The notes under the pieces are model-generated. The model ran no database searches, was not told the origin of the DNA, and saw only the letters and a program-made list of their open reading frames with translations. A program made the position numbers and the translations under genes. A DNA stretch of 64,000 nucleotides from Scyliorhinus canicula (taxonomy: Eukaryota): NCBI RefSeq assembly GCF_902713615.1, contig NC_052152.1:52117810-52181809 (forward strand), in the 5' to 3' direction. Shown piece by piece: positions 23,031 through 33,800 of the stretch (within the stretch, counting starts at the first letter, position 1; the number at the start of each line of letters is the position of its first letter).

Positions 23031-24827
23031 CCTGAACATTTATGGCTCTGGCTCTGTCCAGCGCTCAAGCGGAGACCTGTGTGGGATCTCGCAAACATCC
23101 ATACGCAGGTGCACCTGAGCTGTGATGGAACCCCTATGCGCCCAGACACAAGATTAATTCACCTTCAATCTGGATCAGGCCCACCAGAATGCCCGAACCA
23201 AGGAGGTTGTTCATCTTCCTCCGGCATTGCATGCCAATCCTCCTGATGTTGCCTCTGACTGCCTCTGCCATATCCTCTCAGGTGCTGTTCAGGAGGGCAG
23301 GTTTGAGCCTTAACCCCACTCTGGGGAAAGCGGGTATCCCTCCTCTTCTCAATGGCATCGAGCAATCGATCCACTTAAGACTCCCAAAATCAGGGGGTGG
23401 GGGGCTACGGGGAGGTCTTCTCTGAGTCATCTCCTTGGCTATATTAGTGTGTGTGGTGAGTGGAGCATTTATGCAAAGCTCTAGCTTGTCAGGCTCTTTA
23501 ACGCAAATTGAGGCCCCAGCGAATCCAATTGTAGCAGGGGTGGGAATTGCTTGCCATTCACGTTGGTAGAGTGCTGGCCCATTGGCACCTCCTGCATTTC
23601 GGATCAAACAGCACCCCCTCAGCAGAATGCAAATTGTACGCGATTCCGTACAGGCGGGAACACCAGTCTCCCAAATGGATAATCCATCCCTGTATGTTTT
23701 CATGAAGGAGTTAGATATTGCTCTTGGGTGAAAGGAATCAAAGGATGTGGAGGGGGTAGGCGGGTGTGGGAGGCTATTGAGTTGGATGATCAGCAATGAT
23801 CATAATGAATGGCTGAGCAGGCTTAATGGGCCAAATGGCCTCCTCCAGATGCTATTTTCTATGTTTCTAGAAAACCTGTCCTGGCTGCCATTTATTTTAA
23901 CAGTGCTTAGAGAGCAGGAAGCGAACAGCATGAAGTATTTTTTTAAAAAGTTGCTCCCTTGTTTAATTAAACACTGGGCAGAAAATTGGACATGGCACAT
24001 TTATGGGCTTGGGGATTGCCAATGTGCAATTGCCCCTATTAGATCAGGGTAATGCAGACAGCATGTAAGCTTTGTGCTACCGCCTCATCTCCAAGCTGGT
24101 GAGCCATCCAAATACATTGGCAGGATGCCCAGGTTTGCGCAATGAAAGCATGAGCACAGGATAGTTTTAAGAAATGCAGGTTAACCGTAAAGCCAGCCTG
24201 TGCCTACGAGAAGAGGAGATGCATTTTGGTTGCAGCAGGTGTTGGAATTGGATCAGAGAGTGTTTCTCAAAAGGAGGAGGGAATAAGGGAACAGAGGATG
24301 AGAGAGCAAGCTCCATATCCAACGTGCTACAGGCCTTAGTGAAGGAGGTAGAAGGGAGGAGGGAAGGTATTTTTCTGAAAGGGACCTGGAGGCCCACAAG
24401 GCATATACTTTAAAAGGAATCTGAACAGATAGCCACAGAGGCCATAGCCACAGAGGCCATTGCAAGGAGCCTGATCGTGGGACTCTGACTTTGGTGCTGG
24501 ATGGTTACGGAGGCACCATCTGGAATCAATGTATGTTCCTGCCTTATGCACTTTCTCAAATCCCACCCACTATGCCCCCGGCTGTGATCTGGTACAAATT
24601 ACAAGCTGCAGATGATATGACTGTCTCACCTCTTATTTTCAAGACCACACCACTAGAAAATATCCATGCCATGTGTGGTAATGCTTGTGGAATTGAACAG
24701 ATGTGTGTATGTGTGTTACAGAGAGCATGTCAACAAGTCAAGCCCAAAATGGCAGGTCAGGCATAAAATCAGCGATAAGCTCTGACTGACAATCTGCCCA
24801 CTCAGTGGGGATGGTACAGTGGGGGTG

Positions 24828-25052
24828 GGGGAGCGCGGTGGCACAGTGGTTAGCACTGCACCTCATGGCACCAAGGACCGGATTCGATTCTGGCCCCGGG
24901 TCACTGTCAATGTGGAGTTTGCACATTCTACCAGTGTCTGCATGGGTCTCACCTTCACAACCTAAAGATGTGTAGCGTAGGTGGCTTGGCCACGCTAAAT
25001 TGCCCCTTAATTGGAAAAAAAATAATTGGGTACTTTAAATTTATTTTAAAAA
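24828..25052 (+). mobile_element. HE1/V-SINE-like SINE (family A)
   Basis: Family A core. Confidence 0.85.
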
Positions 25053-26227
25053 ACCCAACTGCCCACTCCATATGCTTCCAGTGCAGGCACGGGCTGGCGT
25101 GCATCATGCCAGATGTTTCTGCAAGCAGAAACCCTATCCAGGCTCTTATAGCACGCTCTGGAGCTGTAAGTTGCAGTCTTCGTTGTGTTTAAGGGATTTA
25201 ACCATAGGTCCTGGTATTGCAGGTTTCCAACTTGGATATCGAACTCAGGTACTCCATCATAGTCACTTTATCACAATATAATTAGGCACATTTCACATAA
25301 GCGTAGCTGATCTGAGAGTGTAAATTGGAACGATGTTCCATTAAGAATGCTCCCTTAACGTGCTCCTTCTCACTTGCTTTACTTGAGTTTATGTAAAGCC
25401 ATCCTCTCTAAAGCCAGTGACAGTGATCAAACACCCTCTCATTTTTACTTTATTTTTTGAAAGGTACAAATTTCAGCATTTTTCTTAACAAACACAAAGA
25501 ATGTCTGTACATTTGAATTTAAAGCATAATAGTACATAATGGAAAGCTTTTCATTGAGGTTAACTTGTCAGAGTAAGGTGGTTTCTCTATATATTATAGA
25601 TTTTAAAAATCTAATTTTACACAAATGAAGCCAGACAAAAATAGTAATACCAGGAGATTATTTAATACAACTTAATTCCACCATAGCAGTAATTATTTTT
25701 TTTCTCCCTTTTTCTTCTGAAAACACTGACTTTTGAAGGTTTACGAGGGTCAATTTTAACTACTAGCAAAAAGGCCTCATTTGCATTCAGTTGGTGAATT
25801 GCACGTACCAAATGGATAGTGCCCGGTTTAAACTCACCAGTTCAAATGGACAGGAGATTGACCATCTCCTACACTGCCACTTAGAGGCTGGTGGGTGAGG
25901 GTTGGGGCTGGTAGCCGGTAGCACAGCAGCCCAGATTTGTTTAGTGTGTGTGTGAACCCAGGAAATCTGACAAAAATGGAGATTAAACATTTCATGGTTA
26001 AGCCACCTACAAAAAAAGGCGCATGTACCATCCCATTCATGCTCTGCCCATTTGTACCTTTGACTTTTAAAAAATTGTGGCCTTGCTTGCTTGTGAAGGC
26101 CAAATAGCGCCAGGTGGGACATGGGAATTAAGCTACAGCTCCATGCCCATAGGGTGAATCAAGTTAAAATCTCCCGCCATGGTTTGATAAACACTGCAAC
26201 TCTCTAAAACATCATTGATTCATTAAC

Positions 26228-26528
26228 GGCAGCACAGTGGCTAGCATTCCTGCCTCACAGTGTCAGGGACCCGGGTTAAATTCCGGCCTCAGATGACTGT
26301 CTGTGTGGAGTTTGTGCATTCTCCCAGTGTCTGTGTGTGTTTCCTCCGGGTGCTCCGGTTGCCTCCCATAGTCCAAAGATGTGCGAGTTAGGTAGATTGG
26401 TCATGATAAAATGCCCATAATGTCCAAAGGTTAAGTGGTGTTATTGGGGTTAGTCAGGGTGCTCTTTCAGAGGTTGGCGTAGACCCAATGGGCCAAATGG
26501 CCTCCTCCTGCATTGTAGAGATTATATG
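26228..26528 (+). mobile_element. HE1/V-SINE-like SINE (family A, long tail)
   Basis: Family A core, diverged. Confidence 0.8.
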
Positions 26529-26544
26529 ACTTGGGAAAATAGTG

Positions 26545-27090
26545 CCGTATCGGTAATGTCAATGGACTATGAACCCAAAGGCCCAGATTAATGCTGAAGG
26601 GATCTGGGTTCAAGTCCCAAATGTGAATCCGCTGAATAAAATGGAACTGAAAGCCAGCCACAGCAATAATGGCCATTGAACTATTCTCGATTGTCATAAA
26701 AACCCATCCAGTTCACCAACATTGTTTAGGGAAGGAAATCTGCCATTCTTACATGGCCTGGAGTACATGTGACTCCAGAACCACAGCAATGTGGTTGACT
26801 CTTATTTTAAAATAAATTTAAAGTACCCAATTCATTTTTCTTTCCAATTAAGGGGCAATTTAGTGTGGCCAATCCACCTACCCTGCACATCTTTGGGATG
26901 TACCCATGCAGACACGGGGGGAAAATGTGCAAACTCCACATGGATGTGACCCAAAGCCGGTCCTCGACACTGAGGCAGCAATGCTAACCACTGTGCCGCC
27001 CAATATGGTTGACTCTTAACTGCCCTCTGAAGTGGGAAGTCACTCAGCTCAAGGGTAATTAGGGATGGCCAACAAACCACAATCATGAAA
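26545..27090 (+). mobile_element. Older SINE family (LF-SINE/DeuSINE-like by recall), split by a family A SINE
   Basis: ...agggaaggaaatctgcc...gtgactccagaaccacagcaatgtggttgactcttaactgccctctgaa...aattagggatgg. The family name comes from memory and is unverified. Confidence 0.55.
26805..27000 (-). mobile_element. HE1/V-SINE-like SINE (family A) nested in the older SINE
   Basis: 18-bp TSD caatgtggttgactctta / caatatggttgactctta (26787-26804 and 27001-27018). Confidence 0.88.
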
Positions 27091-28133
27091 GAGTTTTAAA
27101 GATTCTGTCTGTATGAACTTGGACAGCAAGTATCAGGGGACTATTTGATCAAAGGCATTATATCGGTGTCTAATCTAATCGGTGTTCTTATCAATTCTCT
27201 CCAGCAGGAACAACGAGAAACTGCAGTTGGATCTGGCGCTAGCCTGGAAAGAGGTGGACATAAAAATGTTAACGATGCTAGTGATCTTCAATGCCATTAA
27301 TTATACAGATTGTCTTTAGATGTCTTTTAGCAGATGGCATCTCTTTGAAACTGTATCTCTGCCAACCTGCCGTTTGAGCAGGCAGTGGTCCTCAGTTTGT
27401 GCCATGCCCACACACGGTTGGTGACATGATGGGTCTCTGGGCAGTTGAATTCTAATGCCAACTGATCTCCTTGGCATGCTTTCTTTAATCTAAAAATATT
27501 TTGTGGCTAAAATAATGCTTTTGGAACACTTTAAAAGCAACATACCATCATTAATTTTACATTTGTGTGGCAACTGGCAGAGGTTTCTGTAACCTTACTG
27601 CTCCTGAACTACAGTGAAACTTGTTTTAAAACCCGTTTCCGATCCTCTTTCGTTAACCTGTTTCTTGTTTCACTGTACTCTTGTAACTGGATCAACTGTA
27701 ATTAAATGTCTGATAATTCTGCGCGCAATATTCATCACGACACACACATTCCCTACTTGTACAAATGACAAAAAAGGTTAATAAGCTTTTGAAAACAATG
27801 AAAATTAAAAAAAAGATTCATATCCAATCAAAACCTTGAAAAAAAATAAAAGGTTCTCTGAATGGCCCATCCATTCCACCATATACACCTAAAATAAGAT
27901 TTATTTAAAAAAAAAACTACTTCCTCATGTATGGCTAGATCAATGCCATCAGAGCGAATAAACATTCTGGCACAAATATACACACTGTCACACATAATAC
28001 TGTCCCAGTAAAGCCTTTCCCTGGTCCCAGAAATTTTGGCTTGCAATACCTGCCCCTCACCACGTGTCATGTGCAAGACTTTTAGCACAATACATATAGA
28101 AAATAATCCCATTTCCAGTCATATCTTGATCTG

Positions 28134-28859
28134 GGGCGGGATACTCCGATCCCCCGCTGGTTCAGAGAATCGCCGGGGGCGGTGTGCATCCCGCTCCCAC
28201 CGTCCTCCAAATTCTCCCACCCCCCCCAAAAATTGCCCCGGCATGAGTCGCACCGCCCGCTTCAGAGAATGGCGGGGACCGGCGCGACTCAATGGGTCCG
28301 GGGCCGCCCGAATTCTCCCGCCCGCGATGGGCCGAACTCCTGCCTGTTCTTTGCCAGTTCCGCCGGCGTAAATTGGAGTAGGTCCCTTACCGGCGGGACC
28401 TGGCGGCGCTGGCGGCCTCCGGGGTTCTTGGGGGAGCGCAGGGTGATCTGGCCCCGGGAGATGCCACCACGGTGGCCTGGCCCGCGATCAGGGCCCACCG
28501 ATCCACGGGCAGACCTCTGCCATGAGGGCACTCTATCCTTCCGCACCGGAGGCTGTGGTCCTCCACCATTCCCGGTGCGGAAGCGAAACCCTCTGCGCAT
28601 GCGCGGGGATGGAGCCAGCGCATGCTGGCGCTCCCGCGCATGCTGGCACTCCCACGCATGCGTCGACTCGCGCCGGCCAGCGGGTCCCTTTGGCGCCAAG
28701 CCCCTTTCCCGTTGGCTGGCGGGGTGCAAACCACTCCGGGGCGGGCCGAGCCCCTGAAGGTGCGGAGGATTCCGCAACTTTAGGGCGGCACGATGCTGGA
28801 GTGGTTCACGCCACTCCGACCTGCTGGGACCCCCCGCCCGGTAGGGGAAAATCCCGCCC
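28134..28859. mobile_element. PIF/Harbinger-type MITE (CpG-rich)
   Basis: TIR gggcgggatactcc / ggaaaatcccgccc, 3-bp TSD ctg. Confidence 0.85.
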
Positions 28860-28929
28860 CTGATGTTTCAGAAATAAACACATTAAACTTGCTTCTCATC
28901 TATTTGCCAACACAATTCTCCCATGTCGC

Positions 28930-29199
28930 GCCATTTTTTCCCCGCGGCGCGGTCCGACGTCGGCAGGCGATTCTCTGAGGAGCAGAGAATCAATGCCATT
29001 TGCGCCAGCGCATTTGGCGTCGCGCTGGTCGTGGGCCACTGTCCGTGGCCGGGCCGCTGATTCTCCGGCCTTGATGGGTCGAGCGGAAACGATAGAGTCC
29101 CCCGCCAGCACCATTCACACTTGCTCACAGCCAACAGGAACTTTGCGCATAGGGTGGGGGGGGGCGGCCTGTGGGCCGGGAAAAAGCGCTCTTTCACAA

Positions 29200-29231
<32 letters not shown>

Positions 29232-29548
29232 CTCCGATGGGGTCTGACCCGCGATTGGGGCCCACCAATCGGCGGGCCAGTCTCTCTAGCCCTGGCCCTA
29301 TTTTATTACACGGCCGGCCCCTGAACCCTCACACCATGTTGCATTGGCGCCGGTGCGCTGAGAAAGTCCCCTGCGGATTTGCGGGTTGGCGCGGCACCAA
29401 AAGGGAGGCTGGAGTGGCGTGAACTGCTCCAGCACCGTGCTGGCCCCCTGTGGGGCCCAGAACCGGTAGTCCCGTGCACGTTTCGCGTGAAACATGATGC
29501 CGTTCACGACGGCGCTAACACTCTGTCTCCATTTTGGATAATCGCGCC
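28930..29548. mobile_element. Harbinger-type MITE, partial
   Basis: Right end ggataatcgcgccc, CpG-rich, internal ~33-nt G run. Left boundary approximate. Confidence 0.6.
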
Positions 29549-30631
29549 CAATTATCTTTCGGTCTGAGATTGCAAGATCACAGGATACATACAAATCATG
29601 AAGGCTAATTTCACTAATCTCCAATATTCCATCCAGAACCCTGCTACCACTCTTTCTTGCCCCAGCATTTAACTAGCATTATTCCATTCATGATTTAATT
29701 CCAAATGTTGACTATTCTTTGCAAGAACTTCCAACGCTACGTTCCAAATTCGTCGTTCACCAGTTTGAATTCATTTCTCTTCTCTCCAGGTTTCATTTAA
29801 CATGGTGCTTTCGGTACACCTTTACCATACTTTTTAACTGTGTTGCATATATCGTTCAACCACCTCCTTCAAGGCTGATTGACAAAAGTTAATCCAGTCT
29901 CATGCTGTGGCCTATCTCTCCACAACCTCCAGGGTTTGAATGATTGCTTTGTATTCCAGTAACAAAACTGACCACTGTACCAATGCTGTGATCCGATGCA
30001 CTTTGCAAGTGTTGAATAATAACCAGCAACTTATTCTCTTGCTGATTTAACAATTGGTTCAGAATTTTTGACAAGTACAGCCCTGAGCAAAAAACAAATT
30101 CTATTATAACACTACATTGTTCTCCAAGTGCTCAACCAGTTAGATTTTTAAAATCTAAAGCTCTGGTTATTTTGTCATTTTTGACTCCCTGCTGTTCTAG
30201 CTTAGGAGCTATAGCGAAAAGGACTTCAATACTTGGAAAGGATTGGGAAGCAAAATTGGTGACGAAATTTAGTTGCATGTTTTAGGTTTGAATTCAGGAA
30301 CTGAAAGGTATTAGGAAGAAGGACGTTCACAAAAATTAAACGTTGCCAATAATCAGAAGCGAAGCAAGAGTTGGGTTGTTTGAACCAACAGAGAAGCTGA
30401 GCCTTCGAGCATATGTAGCATTCAGTGTAGTCACAATGATCATCACTGTACAAAATTGAGCCAATGCCCTCAAATTGCATTTTTTGTCTTAACATTTTGT
30501 TTGGCTGGGAAACAGTGAGAACATGTTCTTGACTGCAAGTGACATTTTGCTGCTATTTATGACTGTTCCTATAGCAACAACTGAGAGTTACAAAAATAAG
30601 GAAATACAAAATGCTATATTACATTGTCTTC

Positions 30632-30831
30632 TTATTCACTCTTAGGATCGACTATTAATGTTTCGATTGGCGTCCAAAGACTCTTTTCATGAGCTGTTTT
30701 CTGTGGTTTCTTCGGCCTCAGGCAAAAATAAACGACAACAATGATCAGAGCTGCGAAGACTATAAATGGGTAGACAAATAAGAAGTAGAAGAGAGACGAA
30801 GATGCACAGGCCTTTGAGTGAAGTGTAGCAA
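30632..30831 (-). CDS. IGSF3/CD101-like terminal exon: transmembrane helix and short cytoplasmic tail
   Basis: Acceptor tcttcttttttttctag|TTGCTAC, in frame. Encodes VATLHSKACASSSLFYFLFVYPFIVFAALIIVVVYFCLRPKKPQKTAHEKSLWTPIETLIVDPKSE*: a hydrophobic stretch followed by a basic stop-transfer cluster. Confidence 0.88.
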
Positions 30832-33800
30832 CTAGAAAAAAAGAAGACAAAAATGAGTTAGAAACAGAACATTTTTTTGAAACACTGGAAACATAATCAC
30901 AGACCATTCAATTTGGAATAGAGGTTGGAACTTTTAAACAGGTTTTTCTGACTGGTGAACTTCTGAGTTGCAACTCCAGCATTAAAAATTAATCAGAATT
31001 TAACTCGAGTTATAGGAAGACATGTTGTTTAATGGGGAAGTGTAAACTACTGAGTTTATTAGAAAAATGAAGACAACTTTCCACTTTTAATATCATAGAA
31101 TCATAGAATTTACAGTGCAGAAGGAGGCCATTTGGCCCATCGAGTCTGCACCGGCCTTTGGAAAGAGCACCCTACTTAAGCCCACACCTCCACCCTATCC
31201 TGTAACCCAATAACTCCATCTAACCTTTTTTGGACACTAAAGGTCAATTTAGCATGACCAACCCATCTAACCTGCACATCTTTGGACTGTTGGAGGAAAC
31301 CGGAGCACCCGGATGAAACCCACGCAGACACAGGGAGAACCTGCGGGCTCAGCACAGACAGTGACCCAAGCCGGGAATCGAACCTGGAGCCATGGAGCTG
31401 TGAAGCAACCATGCTAACCACTGGGCTACCATGATATTGAAGTTAAAACCACATGTCAAGATCTTCCTCATCTTGGAAGGGAAGATTTTGGTTTTTAATC
31501 ACAAATAAGAATTTGGATTATACAGTAAATGTATTATTCTAATTTACCATAAAACATTCAGTTTACACGCTTTGATTCCAGTTAATAACATTTGCTAATT
31601 TCTAGTTCACTATTAAAAATTCCCATTAGACTCTGCATTCTAATCTATTATTAAATATTAAGGATTCCCACATATTCTATATTTCAGTGCTTCATATGTT
31701 AAGGATGAAAGAAATTGCATTTACATAGCACACTACCACATCTGTGCCGGGAAGGAGAGCTCAGATCATCTCATACAGTGGAGGAAAAGTACTGGAGTAG
31801 CTACTTCCTGTTTTCTAATTTCACGTGGTCTTTTCAAGTTGTGGTAAATTTCGTAAGGGGGCGGAAATGCTCCTTTTCCCGTGAGAACCCTTAGGTGGTA
31901 TGGGGAAGGGTGCCCATTTTCTGGATTTGCGCTCTCTTCAGCAACTACATCAAGGGGCTGGGAAGGACCTGGGAGTCATTTAACATTTAACGGTTCCAGG
32001 TAATGCAGAACAATAGTTAGCAAGAATCAAAATCATATGACCCGTATTTTCAGTACTATGCCTGATTTTCATAACTGGGGAATAAGGGAGGTATTTATGA
32101 GGTAGGGATTGGTCAAGTGCCCCAAAGCTGATCCCCATTCCTGGGGGTCTGTGGAATTTGATGGCGAATTTGATTTTCTCCATTTGGAGAAATTCAGATT
32201 GGTTGGACAGCCAGTCTGCAGCTTTGAGTAGTGCTGCTGACCGCCAACTGAGCAGGATTCTGCGGCGGATGATCAGGGAGGCAAAGGCAAGGGCGTTGGC
32301 CCTCCTCCCCATGAAGAGATCTGGCTGGTCTGATACCCCGAAGACTGCCTCGCTCGGGCATGGCCCCACCCTCACCCCCACCGCTTTGGACATTGCCTCA
32401 AAGACAGCTGTCCAGTACCTAGCAAGTCTGGGGCAAGATCAGAACTTGTGGGCGTGGTTGGCCAGGCCCCCTTGGCACCGTTCACATCCGTCTGTGTGGG
32501 GAAAAGATTATCATAGAATCAGGAAAGCCGCGGGTGTGAATGTGATGCCAATGAAATGGAGGATCCTGCTGATGGAAAATTCAGCCCATGGGCTTTTCTG
32601 TCTCAATAAGAGACTTAGAAAATGAAAGGATAGAAAAAGTCCAGCTTCTATATCGGGCGGGAGTCTCCGGAAAGAATTTTAAGTGTGATAGCGAGCGGGA
32701 GCTTCCTGGCGTTCAGCCCAGTGAGGCCGGCAACGCTATCCAACATTAATTGGTCCACTTAACAAGGCTCCATGGGTTTCAACGACCTACACTGGGAAGC
32801 ACGAGTGAGTCGACATCACCGCCACCCCCCCACCCCCTGAGACGTTTCTGCCTCCATGCGAGCATCCACCCCACAATTGTCCATGCGACCCCCAACCCTC
32901 CCTCCACCCACTCTCTCTTCATTCCCCCCCACCCTCCGTCTGCACCCCCCTCCCTTGGAGATGGTAGGGAGCGGTCAGGCATTCAGAGGGATATGTCAAC
33001 AACACTCCAACAGACCCATGGCTGATTGGAGGTGTCCCAGAGACTACGTGAATAGGAGATGTTGCCAGCAATGCGTGGCACCAAGGCCAACACTGCCAGG
33101 GTGGCGACCGCAGTGGAGAGCCTGGTGCATGACTTCGGCACTATCAGTGAAGGTGTCCAAGGCATTGAGCAGTTGATGACAGCCATGGCAGAGGGTCTCG
33201 ACAGAATGTCCGCCTTGCTGGGGGATGTGACCCAGTTCCAGGCTGACCTTGATGAGGTTCTGCGAGACATGTCCCGCTCTCAGATGGGAATGACCGAGGC
33301 GCTGCGGAGCTCATCCCAGTCGTGGTTGGGCATTGCCGATGTGCTGCAGAACAAATCCCAGTCACTGAGGGATATTGCTGTGGGCGTCGACACGATGGTC
33401 CAGAACATGAGGAACCACAAGGCCCGGCAGAGCCAGATGATTCAGGGGCAAATGGGGCTCGAACCAGCTGTCCTTCCATCCCTAGGTGAACCCCAGGGCC
33501 CTATGGGCACAGACAGGAGGAGAGGGTGTTGAATACGAACCCGGACCTGTGCCATGAAATGGTGACGGTGGCCACCAGTTCCCCAGAGTTCCATGAATCT
33601 GGTGAGGCTGCGCCTCGCAGCTAGCATCCAGAACAGGGCAGCATGGCTGTACATGTGCTGCTGATAAGTGAGCCAAGGCCCTCCGGCCCCACAGGATGCC
33701 TGCCAGGGCTATTGAAAGCCATGGGGCATGGTAAGCAGCTGGCTGCCTCCACCTCTGCTGTGTACCAAACAACACTTTTCACTGTATACTAATACATGTG

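Larger units (their letters stand above)
20052..23690 (-). mobile_element. Degenerate PIF/Harbinger element with Myb/SANT-like ORF remnant
   Basis: 3-bp TSD tgt (20049-20051 and 23691-23693), degenerate ggg...ccc TIRs. The minus strand at 23165-23430 reads across frameshifts as DRLLDAIEKRRD...PALLNST*EDMAEAV...MQCRRKMNNL, a Myb-like domain. Confidence 0.7.
19860..23870 (+). mobile_element. CR1 3' fragment split by the Harbinger insertion (19860-20051 and 23691-23870)
   Basis: The halves rejoin as gaggccaaaacattgtatgttttcatgaaggagttagat, a CR1 3' sequence. Confidence 0.75.

Noticed and set aside
24429-24458. Exact 15-bp tandem duplication atagccacagaggcc x2
   Set aside because: An isolated slippage-type duplication with no associated structure.
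28182-28777. Long overlapping ORFs (191 aa plus, 162 aa minus) rich in Pro, Arg, Gly and Ala
   Set aside because: They lie entirely inside a GC-rich MITE where stop codons are scarce, and show no domain motifs. The same applies to the ORFs at 38150-38833, 15510-15896 and 58269-58779.
29199-29231. Long G/C homopolymers (also near 2147, 14617, 35657, 36516 and 40922)
   Set aside because: They mostly sit in MITE, L1 or CR1 sequence, and their lengths are unreliable in assemblies. There is no evidence of a distinct function.
27900-29699. Candidate polyadenylation signals for the Ig gene (ATTAAA at 29699-29694 and AATAAA at 27905-27900, minus strand)
   Set aside because: Such hexamers are common in AT-rich DNA, and one cannot be chosen without 3'-end sequencing.
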